Assembly: GCA_023248495.1 (NCBI GenBank)
Contig: JAHFEK010000002.1
Location: forward strand, 26,733-90,732
Direction of reading: 5' to 3'
DNA length: 64,000 nucleotides
From: Nitrospinales bacterium
GTDB taxonomy: Bacteria; Nitrospinota_A; UBA7883; JACRGQ01
Part shown: positions 45,766 to 53,514 of the stretch, one piece after another
Position numbering within the stretch: the first letter of the stretch is position 1
Layout: each line of letters begins with the position of its first letter
The notes under the pieces: model-generated
Databases searched by the model: none
What the model saw: only the letters and a program-made list of their open reading frames with translations
Told to the model about the DNA's origin: nothing
Position numbers and translations under genes: made by a program

Positions 45766-47322
45766 TTACTTTCTATTTTTCTTAAGATACGCCGCTGCCG
45801 CCAACTGGCCGCCCGCAAGCAATACCAACACCAACAACGGAACCAAATACACTTCTTTGCCGGTAGGCGGTTGCAGCAACAGCCACGCCCAAGAGGTCAT
45901 GGTGTGCTTGGAACCCTTTTCACCGTTGGAGCCATCCCAGTTAGCGAACGCAATCGGGATAAACCGGCCCACTTCAAATTGGGTGTCCTTGTCCTTGTTG
46001 GCGGTCACAAGCTTCCGCTTCATCATAACTTTCCAGGTACCATCTTTGTACGTACCGGAAGAGGTAAAGCCGGCGGCAGCCGCATCACCCGGCGTTCGTT
46101 TGCCCGAACCCGAGTAGATCATCGTCATGCCAGCGGCCGGAGCGGTGGTCGTGCCAGAATTCCACGCCATCATGGCAACCGGATGGGCCGCATCGCCGTG
46201 GCCGAAATAAGGCTTTTCCGAACCGCTGGGAATAACAACCGGCGTCTGGATCGCAACCTGGTCGGGGGAAATTGTATCCCACGCAATCAGTTCCGCTGTC
46301 GGATCGCCTGGGATACTCTTGGTGCGGTCATCCCACTCGAGCAAGAACGCGATTTCCTTGTCGTTATACAGCGCCTTCACCTTGATGAGATCGTTTGCCG
46401 GGGTAAAGAAGCGCTCCGGCTGGATAATCTGGGGAGCCAGGAAATACGCGGTGCTTGCCGTTTCGTTCCAGACGGCGTCGTTTTCGTCCTTCGGCATTAC
46501 GTCGCGCTGAAAACCTTTCACGACGGTCTGACCGTCAACCGTTTTGCTGGTCGGCTCGGCGAGGGACATGACGTAATTGACCACGTGCCAGCGGTCTTCC
46601 ACCGACAGCTTGCCGCTAGAGGTGGTATCAGCCGCAAATGACGGCATCGGCGTGTTCGGAATGCCGTTTGACACGCGGGCGAAAATGTCTTCGGCAGTAT
46701 ACCCGCCGCGGAAAGTCCACGGTTTGGTCAGATTTCTCGGCCAGACACGGATACCGCTGTCTTCTTTGAGCTTTTTCGTCAGGTCGCCTTTGCCGACCTG
46801 GCCATGACACTCAAAGCACTTTGCGGTCTGGAACGCCTTCTTGCCCAATTCGATGCTTTCCGCCGAGCTCTTTATCTTCTTGCTCACGTCGATCTGGGGC
46901 GGATTCGCGGTTTTGCCAAACATGTCGGTAAGCGACTTGACGTAGGCAACAACGTCCCACCGATCCTGCTCGGTCAGGATGTCATTCCAGGCCGGCATAC
47001 CGGTACCCGGCATACCGTTGGTGATGACCTTAAACAGGTCCTCATCGCGCGGAATTTCTACTTTCGGGTCGCTGGATTTGTACTTGTACATACCAAGCGT
47101 AAAGTCACGCGGCGGAGGAATCAGGAAAGTGGTGGCAGGCCCGTCGGCCGCCCCTTTTTTACCATGACACCACCAGCAGCGCTTCTGGTAGATCGCTTCG
47201 CCTTTTTTTGCGTCGCCGGCGGCAAATGCCTCGGGCGCGGCGAAAATGGTGACTACGGCGAAGAGCGTAGCCATCGCCAAGCCAGTTTTTCTTACGTTCT
47301 TAAATAAAGACATGGTAGTCAT
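45766..47322 (-). CDS. diheme cytochrome c fused to an EB_dh/DOMON-like (NxrC/EbdC gamma-subunit-like) heme-binding domain
   Basis: CWWCHG and CFECHG in the N-terminal half. The C-terminal ...VKALYNDKEIAFLLEWDDRT...DQVAIQ...IAFANWDGSNGEKGSKHTMTSW fits the EB_dh pattern. C-terminal TM anchor. Confidence 0.6.
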   Translation of the reverse strand: MTTMSLFKNVRKTGLAMATLFAVVTIFAAPEAFAAGDAKKGEAIYQKRCWWCHGKKGAADGPATTFLIPPPRDFTLGMYKYKSSDPKVEIPRDEDLFKVITNGMPGTGMPAWNDILTEQDRWDVVAYVKSLTDMFGKTANPPQIDVSKKIKSSAESIELGKKAFQTAKCFECHGQVGKGDLTKKLKEDSGIRVWPRNLTKPWTFRGGYTAEDIFARVSNGIPNTPMPSFAADTTSSGKLSVEDRWHVVNYVMSLAEPTSKTVDGQTVVKGFQRDVMPKDENDAVWNETASTAYFLAPQIIQPERFFTPANDLIKVKALYNDKEIAFLLEWDDRTKSIPGDPTAELIAWDTISPDQVAIQTPVVIPSGSEKPYFGHGDAAHPVAMMAWNSGTTTAPAAGMTMIYSGSGKRTPGDAAAAGFTSSGTYKDGTWKVMMKRKLVTANKDKDTQFEVGRFIPIAFANWDGSNGEKGSKHTMTSWAWLLLQPPTGKEVYLVPLLVLVLLAGGQLAAAAYLKKNRK

Positions 47323-47329
47323 TTCTCCC

Positions 47330-48109
47330 CTATTTCTTCTCTGCGACAGTCGCGGTTACGCGCGGCTTATTCCCGCTCTGTTCGTAGATGAACATTACCG
47401 CTTTCCATGCTTCCTCCTCGGAAATCATGGTGTGCCACACCGGCATGGCGGTCGCCCACGGCGCACCTTCGCCCGGCAGACCGGGACCACCCGTGCCAAT
47501 GCGCCAGAACACGAAGGACTCGGTCAACATCGCAATGGTGCCAACGTCAACAAAGTTCGCGGGAATCGGGTTGAACGCCTGATAGAAGTGGCCCTTACCG
47601 TCCTGCTTGTCGCCATGGCAATAGAAGCAGTTCTTGTAATAGACAATTCCGCCCTCTTCCACGTTCTTGGCGAAATTCGCCTTGTCTTCGCGTAAAGGAT
47701 TCTTGAGCGTCTGTAATTCAAACGTCTTACCCCACATGTTAGCCGAGGAAGGCGGCGCCGGATGAACCGACCGCAATTCGACGGGCGCTTCAAAAGACGG
47801 CTTCACATATTGGTAAGAAACCCAGCAGCCAAGGAGACTCACAGCGGAGATGGCGCACAGGCGAAGTGTCGCCTTGGACGGATTACTGTACAGATCCACA
47901 ATCGGCCCAACAAGGCCATTGTACCCTTCATCGCTAAACGTGCTGGCCAGAAATGCGCCCGCGATGATGAAGAAGAGGTACATTTTCATAACGGCCGTCG
48001 GAACCACCGGCCATGTGCCGGGATGGGACAACGAACCCAAAAATGGAACGCCTATCTTTATGAGGAGATAGGCTACAAAAACGCCAATTATCGGTTTTAA
48101 AAAATGCAT
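47330..48109 (-). CDS. membrane-bound (3 TM) monoheme cytochrome c
   Basis: N-terminal hydrophobic helices plus CFYCHG. Confidence 0.8.
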   Translation of the reverse strand: MHFLKPIIGVFVAYLLIKIGVPFLGSLSHPGTWPVVPTAVMKMYLFFIIAGAFLASTFSDEGYNGLVGPIVDLYSNPSKATLRLCAISAVSLLGCWVSYQYVKPSFEAPVELRSVHPAPPSSANMWGKTFELQTLKNPLREDKANFAKNVEEGGIVYYKNCFYCHGDKQDGKGHFYQAFNPIPANFVDVGTIAMLTESFVFWRIGTGGPGLPGEGAPWATAMPVWHTMISEEEAWKAVMFIYEQSGNKPRVTATVAEKK

Positions 48110-48127
48110 CTTTCTACCCTCGTCTCC

Positions 48128-48994
48128 CTATTTCTTCCCAAGCAACGCGTTGACAATCAGGTTCATCTCTGACATCGTGATCTTCTCGGCAAAATCACTG
48201 GGCATCATGTCGGGCTCAAATCCCTTAACCACATACGCATTCGGAGTCGAAATCGACTCGATGATGTAAGCTTGTCCGCTCATACCGGGCTTCCTGGAAC
48301 CAGCCTCTTTGGCCAACTTTGTCAGGTTGGGTCCCATATCTCCACCTTCGGCGATACCCGGAACCACATGGCATGTAACGCAACCATACTTGTTGAAGGC
48401 CTCTTCGGCGGTTGTTGCCGGTTTGGGCGCGGCTGCGGCTTCAGCGCCACCTGCCGGTGCCGCCGGTGCAGCGCCAGTCGGGAGCGGAACAGTGACTTCC
48501 ACACCGCCCGATTTCTGCAAATAAGAAATAACGGCGTTGATCTCAACATCGGAAAGGCCGATGGCCCCCTTGTTGATCTGCGGCATCGGACTTACGGTAT
48601 CGTTCGTACCCGGTTTGCCGAAGCCAGCGACAACGTAGGTCGACGGTTCCATCATTGATTCGCGGATGTACTCTTCGCCGGTCTTTGCTTTGCCCTTGTA
48701 GCGAGGGTCTTTTATCCGCTCGGAAGACCTTGGGCCAACCGCGTCAAGAACCGGTGCGCGACCGCCGACCGGGCTGTGACAAAGTGTGCAGGTTCCCTTG
48801 CCGTGGAATATCTTATCGCCCATCGCGACAAACTGGTCTTTGGTCATCGCGCCGGTGATCTTTTCTTCAACCGGAGGCGCTTCCGGAATAACCAGCGGTA
48901 TCCCAAATTTAGCATAGCCCGCGAAGGCCAACATTATCAACAAGCCGTAAACCAGGATTTTACCCAGTTCTGAGTTACCTTTATTTCCTTCCAT
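48128..48994 (-). CDS. membrane-anchored diheme cytochrome c
   Basis: One N-terminal TM, CTLCHS and CVTCHV, with an A/P-rich linker between the domains. Confidence 0.85.
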   Translation of the reverse strand: MEGNKGNSELGKILVYGLLIMLAFAGYAKFGIPLVIPEAPPVEEKITGAMTKDQFVAMGDKIFHGKGTCTLCHSPVGGRAPVLDAVGPRSSERIKDPRYKGKAKTGEEYIRESMMEPSTYVVAGFGKPGTNDTVSPMPQINKGAIGLSDVEINAVISYLQKSGGVEVTVPLPTGAAPAAPAGGAEAAAAPKPATTAEEAFNKYGCVTCHVVPGIAEGGDMGPNLTKLAKEAGSRKPGMSGQAYIIESISTPNAYVVKGFEPDMMPSDFAEKITMSEMNLIVNALLGKK

Positions 48995-49003
48995 TTTTTC
49001 CTC

Positions 49004-50932
49004 TTAATGCTCCCCTGAAGAACCTTTTTTGGCTGCCAACATCGGCATCCAGAACATGAAAAGGACAAGGGCGATGAATACACAGACGATTACTGTAACC
49101 ACAGCCGCGGCGTAGGGCAACGTCGGCGTGAATGCGCCGGGCGAATTATCCCTGAACACCGTGTAAACGTGCCAGTGCTGGCGAATGGCCGACCGGACGT
49201 ACCCCATAAGACCCATCAACCAGGTAAAGCCGATGGTCAATGTGAAAAGGGCATACTGCGAACGAACCGGCATATTTCCCCATTTGGTTTCGCCCAGTTC
49301 TTCACTCTTATTGAAGATTTTGCCATCCATTATGAAGGAGGCAACGATAACAATGAGGGTGGTGGTAACCTGTGGAACGGAAAGACCGATACGGACGCTG
49401 GCTGGCAGATAGTAACTGTAAATACCAAGCGCCAGAATGTTGCACAAACCGGCAACGTAAAGACCAATCTGGACGGAAGTGCCGTTTTGGGCCCAAAATC
49501 CGTCACCGAGCGCCTTCTTATTGCTGCGGTTGTAAATCTGGAAGCTGAGGAACGTTAGCACGATAAGGAAGTTAACCGCCGTGTTCTTCGCGGCCATAAC
49601 CCCAAGTTTACCGAGCAACGGATGGTGAGCGCCGCCGATCTGGGTCAGTTCCGTCGAGCTCATAACCAGCGTGTGCGGGGTAAGCCATGCGAGGAACATC
49701 GTCACGATAACAATAGCGATCGGCTTGATCATAAAGCTGTACCGGTGCGAACCGTTCGAACGCGCCAAGCAGCACCAGAGGTAGTAGTTGGCGGAAAGGA
49801 ATATCGCGCCGATAAGCACCGCCTGAAGAATGAACAACCACGCGAAGGCGCCGCCCATGAGGGTGATGCCCATCTGCTGCGAATAGTCGTAAATTTCCTT
49901 GGTGAGCCAGTAACCGGCGAACGGCAACGGAAGAAGACCGATGATCGCGATGAAGAACGAGGTGTACCCCATCCAGTCATAGTGGGCCTTTTCCTGCGGC
50001 GTTTTCGCCATGAGGAACTTGTATCCCGCATACGCCGCGGTCAGCGAACCGCCATAGGCGATGTTCGCGACAAAGCGGTGGATGTTGATCGGGTTCCAAA
50101 GGTGTCCGTTGATGGCCGCCCAGACATTACCCTGGAATACGCCAGAATCATCCAATCCCGAAGGGGCCATCATGAACGATGCCCACGAGTTGGAAACCAT
50201 CATAAGGAACACGCCGGCCAAGTTTAGGCCCAAGCCCAAACCGATGTGGACGATCTTGGAGTTCCCATCGGACATCTTGTCCCACCCGTAGTAGTAGGTG
50301 TACAAAAAGAAGCTTTCCGCGAAAAACGCGAGAGCGTAAAAAATCATCACCTTGCCGAAAATACCCGTCATGTAAGTCATAAATTGGGGATAGAAAACAA
50401 CCAAAGCGATGGAAAGGAGACCTCCGAAGCTCGCGGCAAGCGAGAACCCGGTCATGGCCACCTTCATGAACTCGTGCGCCATATCATCATACCGCTTGTC
50501 CTTGGTGACAACGCCGGTGATCTCGATGAGCCACACGAAGATCGGAACCGCGAGAACGAACGCACCAAAGAAAAGGTGCAACTGGGCGATGAACCAGACG
50601 GTTAAGCGGCTGTTAAAGCCTTTGACGACCGGGTAGTCTTTCTCTTCCAGTTTCGGAGGCGGTTGAGGAGCCCATTCCGCGGGACCCTTCTTCTCCTCTT
50701 TTTTAGCTTCAGCCGCAGGGGCTGCCGCCGGGGCCGCTTCGTTAGCCCAGGCTTTTTGGGCCAAGACCGCATTGGCGGCGGACTTCAGCACCGGCTGGCT
50801 GATGTCCATATAATCGAACGAAAGCGCCGGGATTGCAAGCAGCAGGGCCAAGGCCGCGCCAAACCTGTAAACCCCAGTGCTACATTGAGATAACACTTTC
50901 TTGACATGTGAAAACATAAACCTAACCTTCAT
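49004..50932 (-). CDS. cytochrome bd subunit I (CydA)-like 'bd-like' oxidase membrane subunit
   Basis: Segments align by eye to E. coli CydA. QLHLFFGAFVLAVPIF...IEITG matches MYHFLFVPLTLG...METVY. FFAESFFLYTYYYGWDK...LNLAGVFLMMVSNSWASFMMAP matches FFLESTFVGLFFFGWDR...SNLSALWILVANGWMQNP. RSAIRQHWHVY matches EYGRQPWAI. Extra C-terminal TMs are present. The preferred start is ATG 50932 (AGGGGA upstream); the ORF track extends to 51055. Confidence 0.8.
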   Translation of the reverse strand: MKVRFMFSHVKKVLSQCSTGVYRFGAALALLLAIPALSFDYMDISQPVLKSAANAVLAQKAWANEAAPAAAPAAEAKKEEKKGPAEWAPQPPPKLEEKDYPVVKGFNSRLTVWFIAQLHLFFGAFVLAVPIFVWLIEITGVVTKDKRYDDMAHEFMKVAMTGFSLAASFGGLLSIALVVFYPQFMTYMTGIFGKVMIFYALAFFAESFFLYTYYYGWDKMSDGNSKIVHIGLGLGLNLAGVFLMMVSNSWASFMMAPSGLDDSGVFQGNVWAAINGHLWNPINIHRFVANIAYGGSLTAAYAGYKFLMAKTPQEKAHYDWMGYTSFFIAIIGLLPLPFAGYWLTKEIYDYSQQMGITLMGGAFAWLFILQAVLIGAIFLSANYYLWCCLARSNGSHRYSFMIKPIAIVIVTMFLAWLTPHTLVMSSTELTQIGGAHHPLLGKLGVMAAKNTAVNFLIVLTFLSFQIYNRSNKKALGDGFWAQNGTSVQIGLYVAGLCNILALGIYSYYLPASVRIGLSVPQVTTTLIVIVASFIMDGKIFNKSEELGETKWGNMPVRSQYALFTLTIGFTWLMGLMGYVRSAIRQHWHVYTVFRDNSPGAFTPTLPYAAAVVTVIVCVFIALVLFMFWMPMLAAKKGSSGEH

Positions 50933-51519
50933 TTTGTCCCCTAAGCCGTTAATATTCTTATTCCCCTTTAGGAAAGAGCGCCAAGCCCTGATAAGCCTGC
51001 AGAAAATAATCCACTGAAAAGAAAATAACCGCAAAAACCGCAAAGGCAGCAACAAACGTAAAAATCTTTTGGTTCAAACCATCCCCCTTTTTCAAGTTAG
51101 TACCAACTAGGTTGTTAAGAGCGCTTTCCCAATCAAAAAAACGCCGTTAAATAAATACTCTGCTAATTATTCGAAGTGTGCAAGCTGGGTTAAATCGAAA
51201 GCAACCTCCCACTTTTTCCTAACCATCCACAGCAATACTTTTGACATTCCCCCCCGGGAATGCCCCCACCTTGTTTGTGCAACACCGCTTTTGCAATTTA
51301 AAACGTGCCTTACTAAATACAAGAGCCATGCCGCAATTCGTGCAATATTAGCATAAGACCACCAAAAGCCAAGAAATATTTTCATCACTATAAAAATATT
51401 CGGCCAATGGGCGGTTTTACCCGGAAAGGTTAGTGGTTTCATGGGGCCAGCTTCCTAAATAACATGGCGAAAAAGCTTTGAAAAACCGAACCGCCTGTAC
51501 ACCACGTTAACATTGGTTG

Positions 51520-51532
51520 TAACAGGATGTTA
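51520..51532. promoter_or_regulatory. palindromic TAACA-GGA-TGTTA site (candidate operator), repeated in inverse at 51618-51628 and partly at 51634-51640
   Basis: TAACAGGATGTTA (51520-51532), TAACATCCTGT (51618-51628) and TAACAGG (51634-51640). All lie in the divergent region upstream of the ArsR-type gene. Confidence 0.3.
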
Positions 51533-51593
51533 AATACCCCCCCTTAAACGCCGGGATGCTGCGATTTTGCTTTCGTGCGGCACTTTCACCCAT

Positions 51594-51599
51594 TATAAT
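51594..51599 (+). promoter_or_regulatory. candidate -10 box (TATAAT) for the ArsR-rhodanese gene
   Basis: A perfect TATAAT 70 nt upstream of ATG 51669. The -35 is weak (TTTCGT at 17 nt). The TAACATCCTGT site lies just downstream. Confidence 0.3.
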
Positions 51600-51668
51600 G
51601 TCCGCAAGTTTTTACTGTAACATCCTGTGAAGGTAACAGGGAGGCGGGCATAATTTTATAAGGACAAA

Positions 51669-52340
51669 ATGACTAACCAAAGCCCCAAACAAATGCTCCT
51701 GGAGCAATTTGCCCGTATTGGAAAAGCGATTTCAAGCCCCACGCGGATCGAGATGCTGGAGTTCCTCGCACAAAACGAAAAAAACGTCGAGACTCTCGCG
51801 GCTATGACCAAGTCCACCGTTGCCAACACATCGCAACACTTGCAACAGCTCCGGCAGGTGGGCCTCGTCACCTCGCGCAAGGACGGGCAGCGGGTGTATT
51901 ACCGCCTTGCGGACGAAACGGCGGTTGAACTCATGATGCTCGTGCGGAAAATCGCGGAACGCAACATCGCGGAAGTCGAGCAATTGATAAACCTCTACCT
52001 CAAATCCAAAGACGCCTTTGAAGCGGTGCCGGCGGATGAACTGCTCGAACGGGTGAAAGCCGGCACGGTCATTATACTCGACGTGCGGCCGCCGGACGAA
52101 TATGCGGCGGGACACGTTCCCGGAGCCTTGAATGTGCCGTTCAAGGAACTTGAAAAGCACGTGCACAAACTGAATGCAAAGACGGAAGTAATCGCCTACT
52201 GCCGCGGACCGTACTGCCTGTTGGCGTACGACACGGTGGAAAAATTGCGCGAAAAAAACATCAAGGCCCATCGGTTGGAGGACGGATTCCCGGAATGGAA
52301 ACGCCGGGGGTTCCCGGTCGAAAAAGGGGAAAAAAAGTAA
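51669..52340 (+). CDS. ArsR/SmtB-family transcriptional regulator fused to a rhodanese domain
   Basis: wHTH ...RIEMLEFLAQNEKNVETLAAMTKSTVANTSQHLQQLRQVGLVTSRKDGQRVYYRL. Rhodanese ...ILDVRPPDEYAAGHVPGALNVP...AYCRGPYC (active-site Cys loop). Confidence 0.85.
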   Translation: MTNQSPKQMLLEQFARIGKAISSPTRIEMLEFLAQNEKNVETLAAMTKSTVANTSQHLQQLRQVGLVTSRKDGQRVYYRLADETAVELMMLVRKIAERNIAEVEQLINLYLKSKDAFEAVPADELLERVKAGTVIILDVRPPDEYAAGHVPGALNVPFKELEKHVHKLNAKTEVIAYCRGPYCLLAYDTVEKLREKNIKAHRLEDGFPEWKRRGFPVEKGEKK

Positions 52341-52496
52341 TATCACGCCCTTTACCTCGCTCTTGGGCACGGATTCATGGCGCCGCGGGAGAGCCATCCC
52401 TTATTCACCAAGGAGATTGTTTTGATGTTTAATCTTCCGCTTAATGGAATTTCATCCCCGCAGCATGAATAAAATGGGGCGTGCCGAAGAAATAAT

Positions 52497-52973
52497 ATGA
52501 GACAGCGATTACGCCGGCTGAACGATCAACGAAGAACCGCCAAGAAACACATGGAAAACAGGCTCACAATCCGCCTGTGGCTATTCTTCATCATCATGTC
52601 CACCCTTTTAATCATCGTCATCTGCCACGTTTTTGAAGGACACATAAGCGCTCTTTTGGCGGCCGGTGGTTTTGCGCTTGGCATCATTTTGGGATTTCTG
52701 GCGGGAAGGATGTTTATCATTTTTTGGCATCCCGAAACCGAGAAGGTTGTTTCGCGCCTGGATAAAGTCGGCATTGTCATTCTAGTGATGTATATCCTCC
52801 TTGCGGCCGGAAGAAGATGGTTTTTGGGACATTGGCTCCACGGGGCGGAATTGAATGCGTTCGGTCTCGCGATATTAACTGGATTGTTGTTGGGACGGTT
52901 GCTTTCAATGGCAATAAAAATAAAGAATATCTTGATAGCGGAAAATAAAATATTCGTTTCGCGGCACAAATAA
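52497..52973 (+). CDS. small integral membrane protein (4 TM)
   Basis: 158-aa hydrophobic ORF. The start could be MENRL at 52551. Confidence 0.5.
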   Translation: MRQRLRRLNDQRRTAKKHMENRLTIRLWLFFIIMSTLLIIVICHVFEGHISALLAAGGFALGIILGFLAGRMFIIFWHPETEKVVSRLDKVGIVILVMYILLAAGRRWFLGHWLHGAELNAFGLAILTGLLLGRLLSMAIKIKNILIAENKIFVSRHK

Positions 52974-52998
52974 AAAAGGGAGCCGTTTCAAGGCTCCC
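52972..52998 (-). terminator. rho-independent terminator of the NosZ-like/TPR gene block (part of REP-like copy B)
   Basis: Reverse strand reads GGGAGCC-ttgaaac-GGCTCCC followed by TTTTTTATTT, 44 nt after the stop at 53042. Confidence 0.6.
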
Positions 52999-53010
52999 CG
53001 TATCGCGATC
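52978..53010. repeat. 33-nt hairpin-forming intergenic element, copy B (REP-like)
   Basis: GGGAGCCGTttcaAGGCTCCCCgTATCGCGATC. See copy A at 5692-5724. Confidence 0.7.
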
Positions 53011-53041
53011 TTAAACGCCCGGCGGCATGGAAGCCGAAGGG

Positions 53042-53506
53042 TTACTTGCAAGCGTCCTTGTATCCCTTTGCGCAGGCATTGGAATAGTCTTCCTTGGCCT
53101 TTTTCATTTCGCCGTTTATCTCGTTTGCCTGCGCGCGGACATAATAGGCTTCACCAATATTGGGGTCCAGCTCTATGGCGCGGTTAAGATCCTTCAGGGC
53201 GGCGTCAATATCGCCCATATCCTTGGAGGCCTTGCCCCGGAGGGAATACGCGGCCGCGAATTTTGGGGATTCCTTTATCGCGTTGGTGGTCATCTCGATG
53301 ACCTTGGAATAATTCGCGCTCCCGTATGCCCTGCGCGCCTCGGTAAAATAATCGTCGGCCTTTCCGCCTTGGGCGGGGGCAGGGCCCTTCTTATCGCCAC
53401 CGCCTATGCTCATCCCGCCGAGACTGAACGCCGAAGCGCCCGAAGCGAGTGTCATAACCATCACAAGAATCAAGAGTACCGCTCTCATCTTTGCCCCCTT
53501 CTTCAC
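53042..53506 (-). CDS. secreted TPR-repeat protein
   Basis: Signal peptide plus TPR repeats (AAYSLRGKASKDMGDIDAALKDLNRAIELDPNIGEAYYVRAQA...). Confidence 0.7.
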   Translation of the reverse strand: MKKGAKMRAVLLILVMVMTLASGASAFSLGGMSIGGGDKKGPAPAQGGKADDYFTEARRAYGSANYSKVIEMTTNAIKESPKFAAAYSLRGKASKDMGDIDAALKDLNRAIELDPNIGEAYYVRAQANEINGEMKKAKEDYSNACAKGYKDACK

Positions 53507-53514
53507 AATCCTGT

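Noticed and set aside
51292-51309. Sigma-54-like element on the minus strand (AGGCACG....TTGCA) upstream of the bd-like oxidase operon.
   Set aside because: The GG-to-GC spacing is 3 nt too long for a -24/-12 promoter.
51167-51442. 91-aa minus-strand ORF in the AT-rich spacer upstream of the bd-like oxidase gene.
   Set aside because: Its composition is atypical for the window and it has no motif, although it has an AGGAAG 9 nt upstream and a hydrophobic stretch. Support is insufficient to call it a gene.
52425-52472. 15-codon mini-ORF (MFNLPLNGISSPQHE) with a strong AAGGAG 9 nt upstream, ahead of the 158-aa membrane protein gene.
   Set aside because: It could be a leader peptide, but the length and lack of any other evidence make it unsupported.
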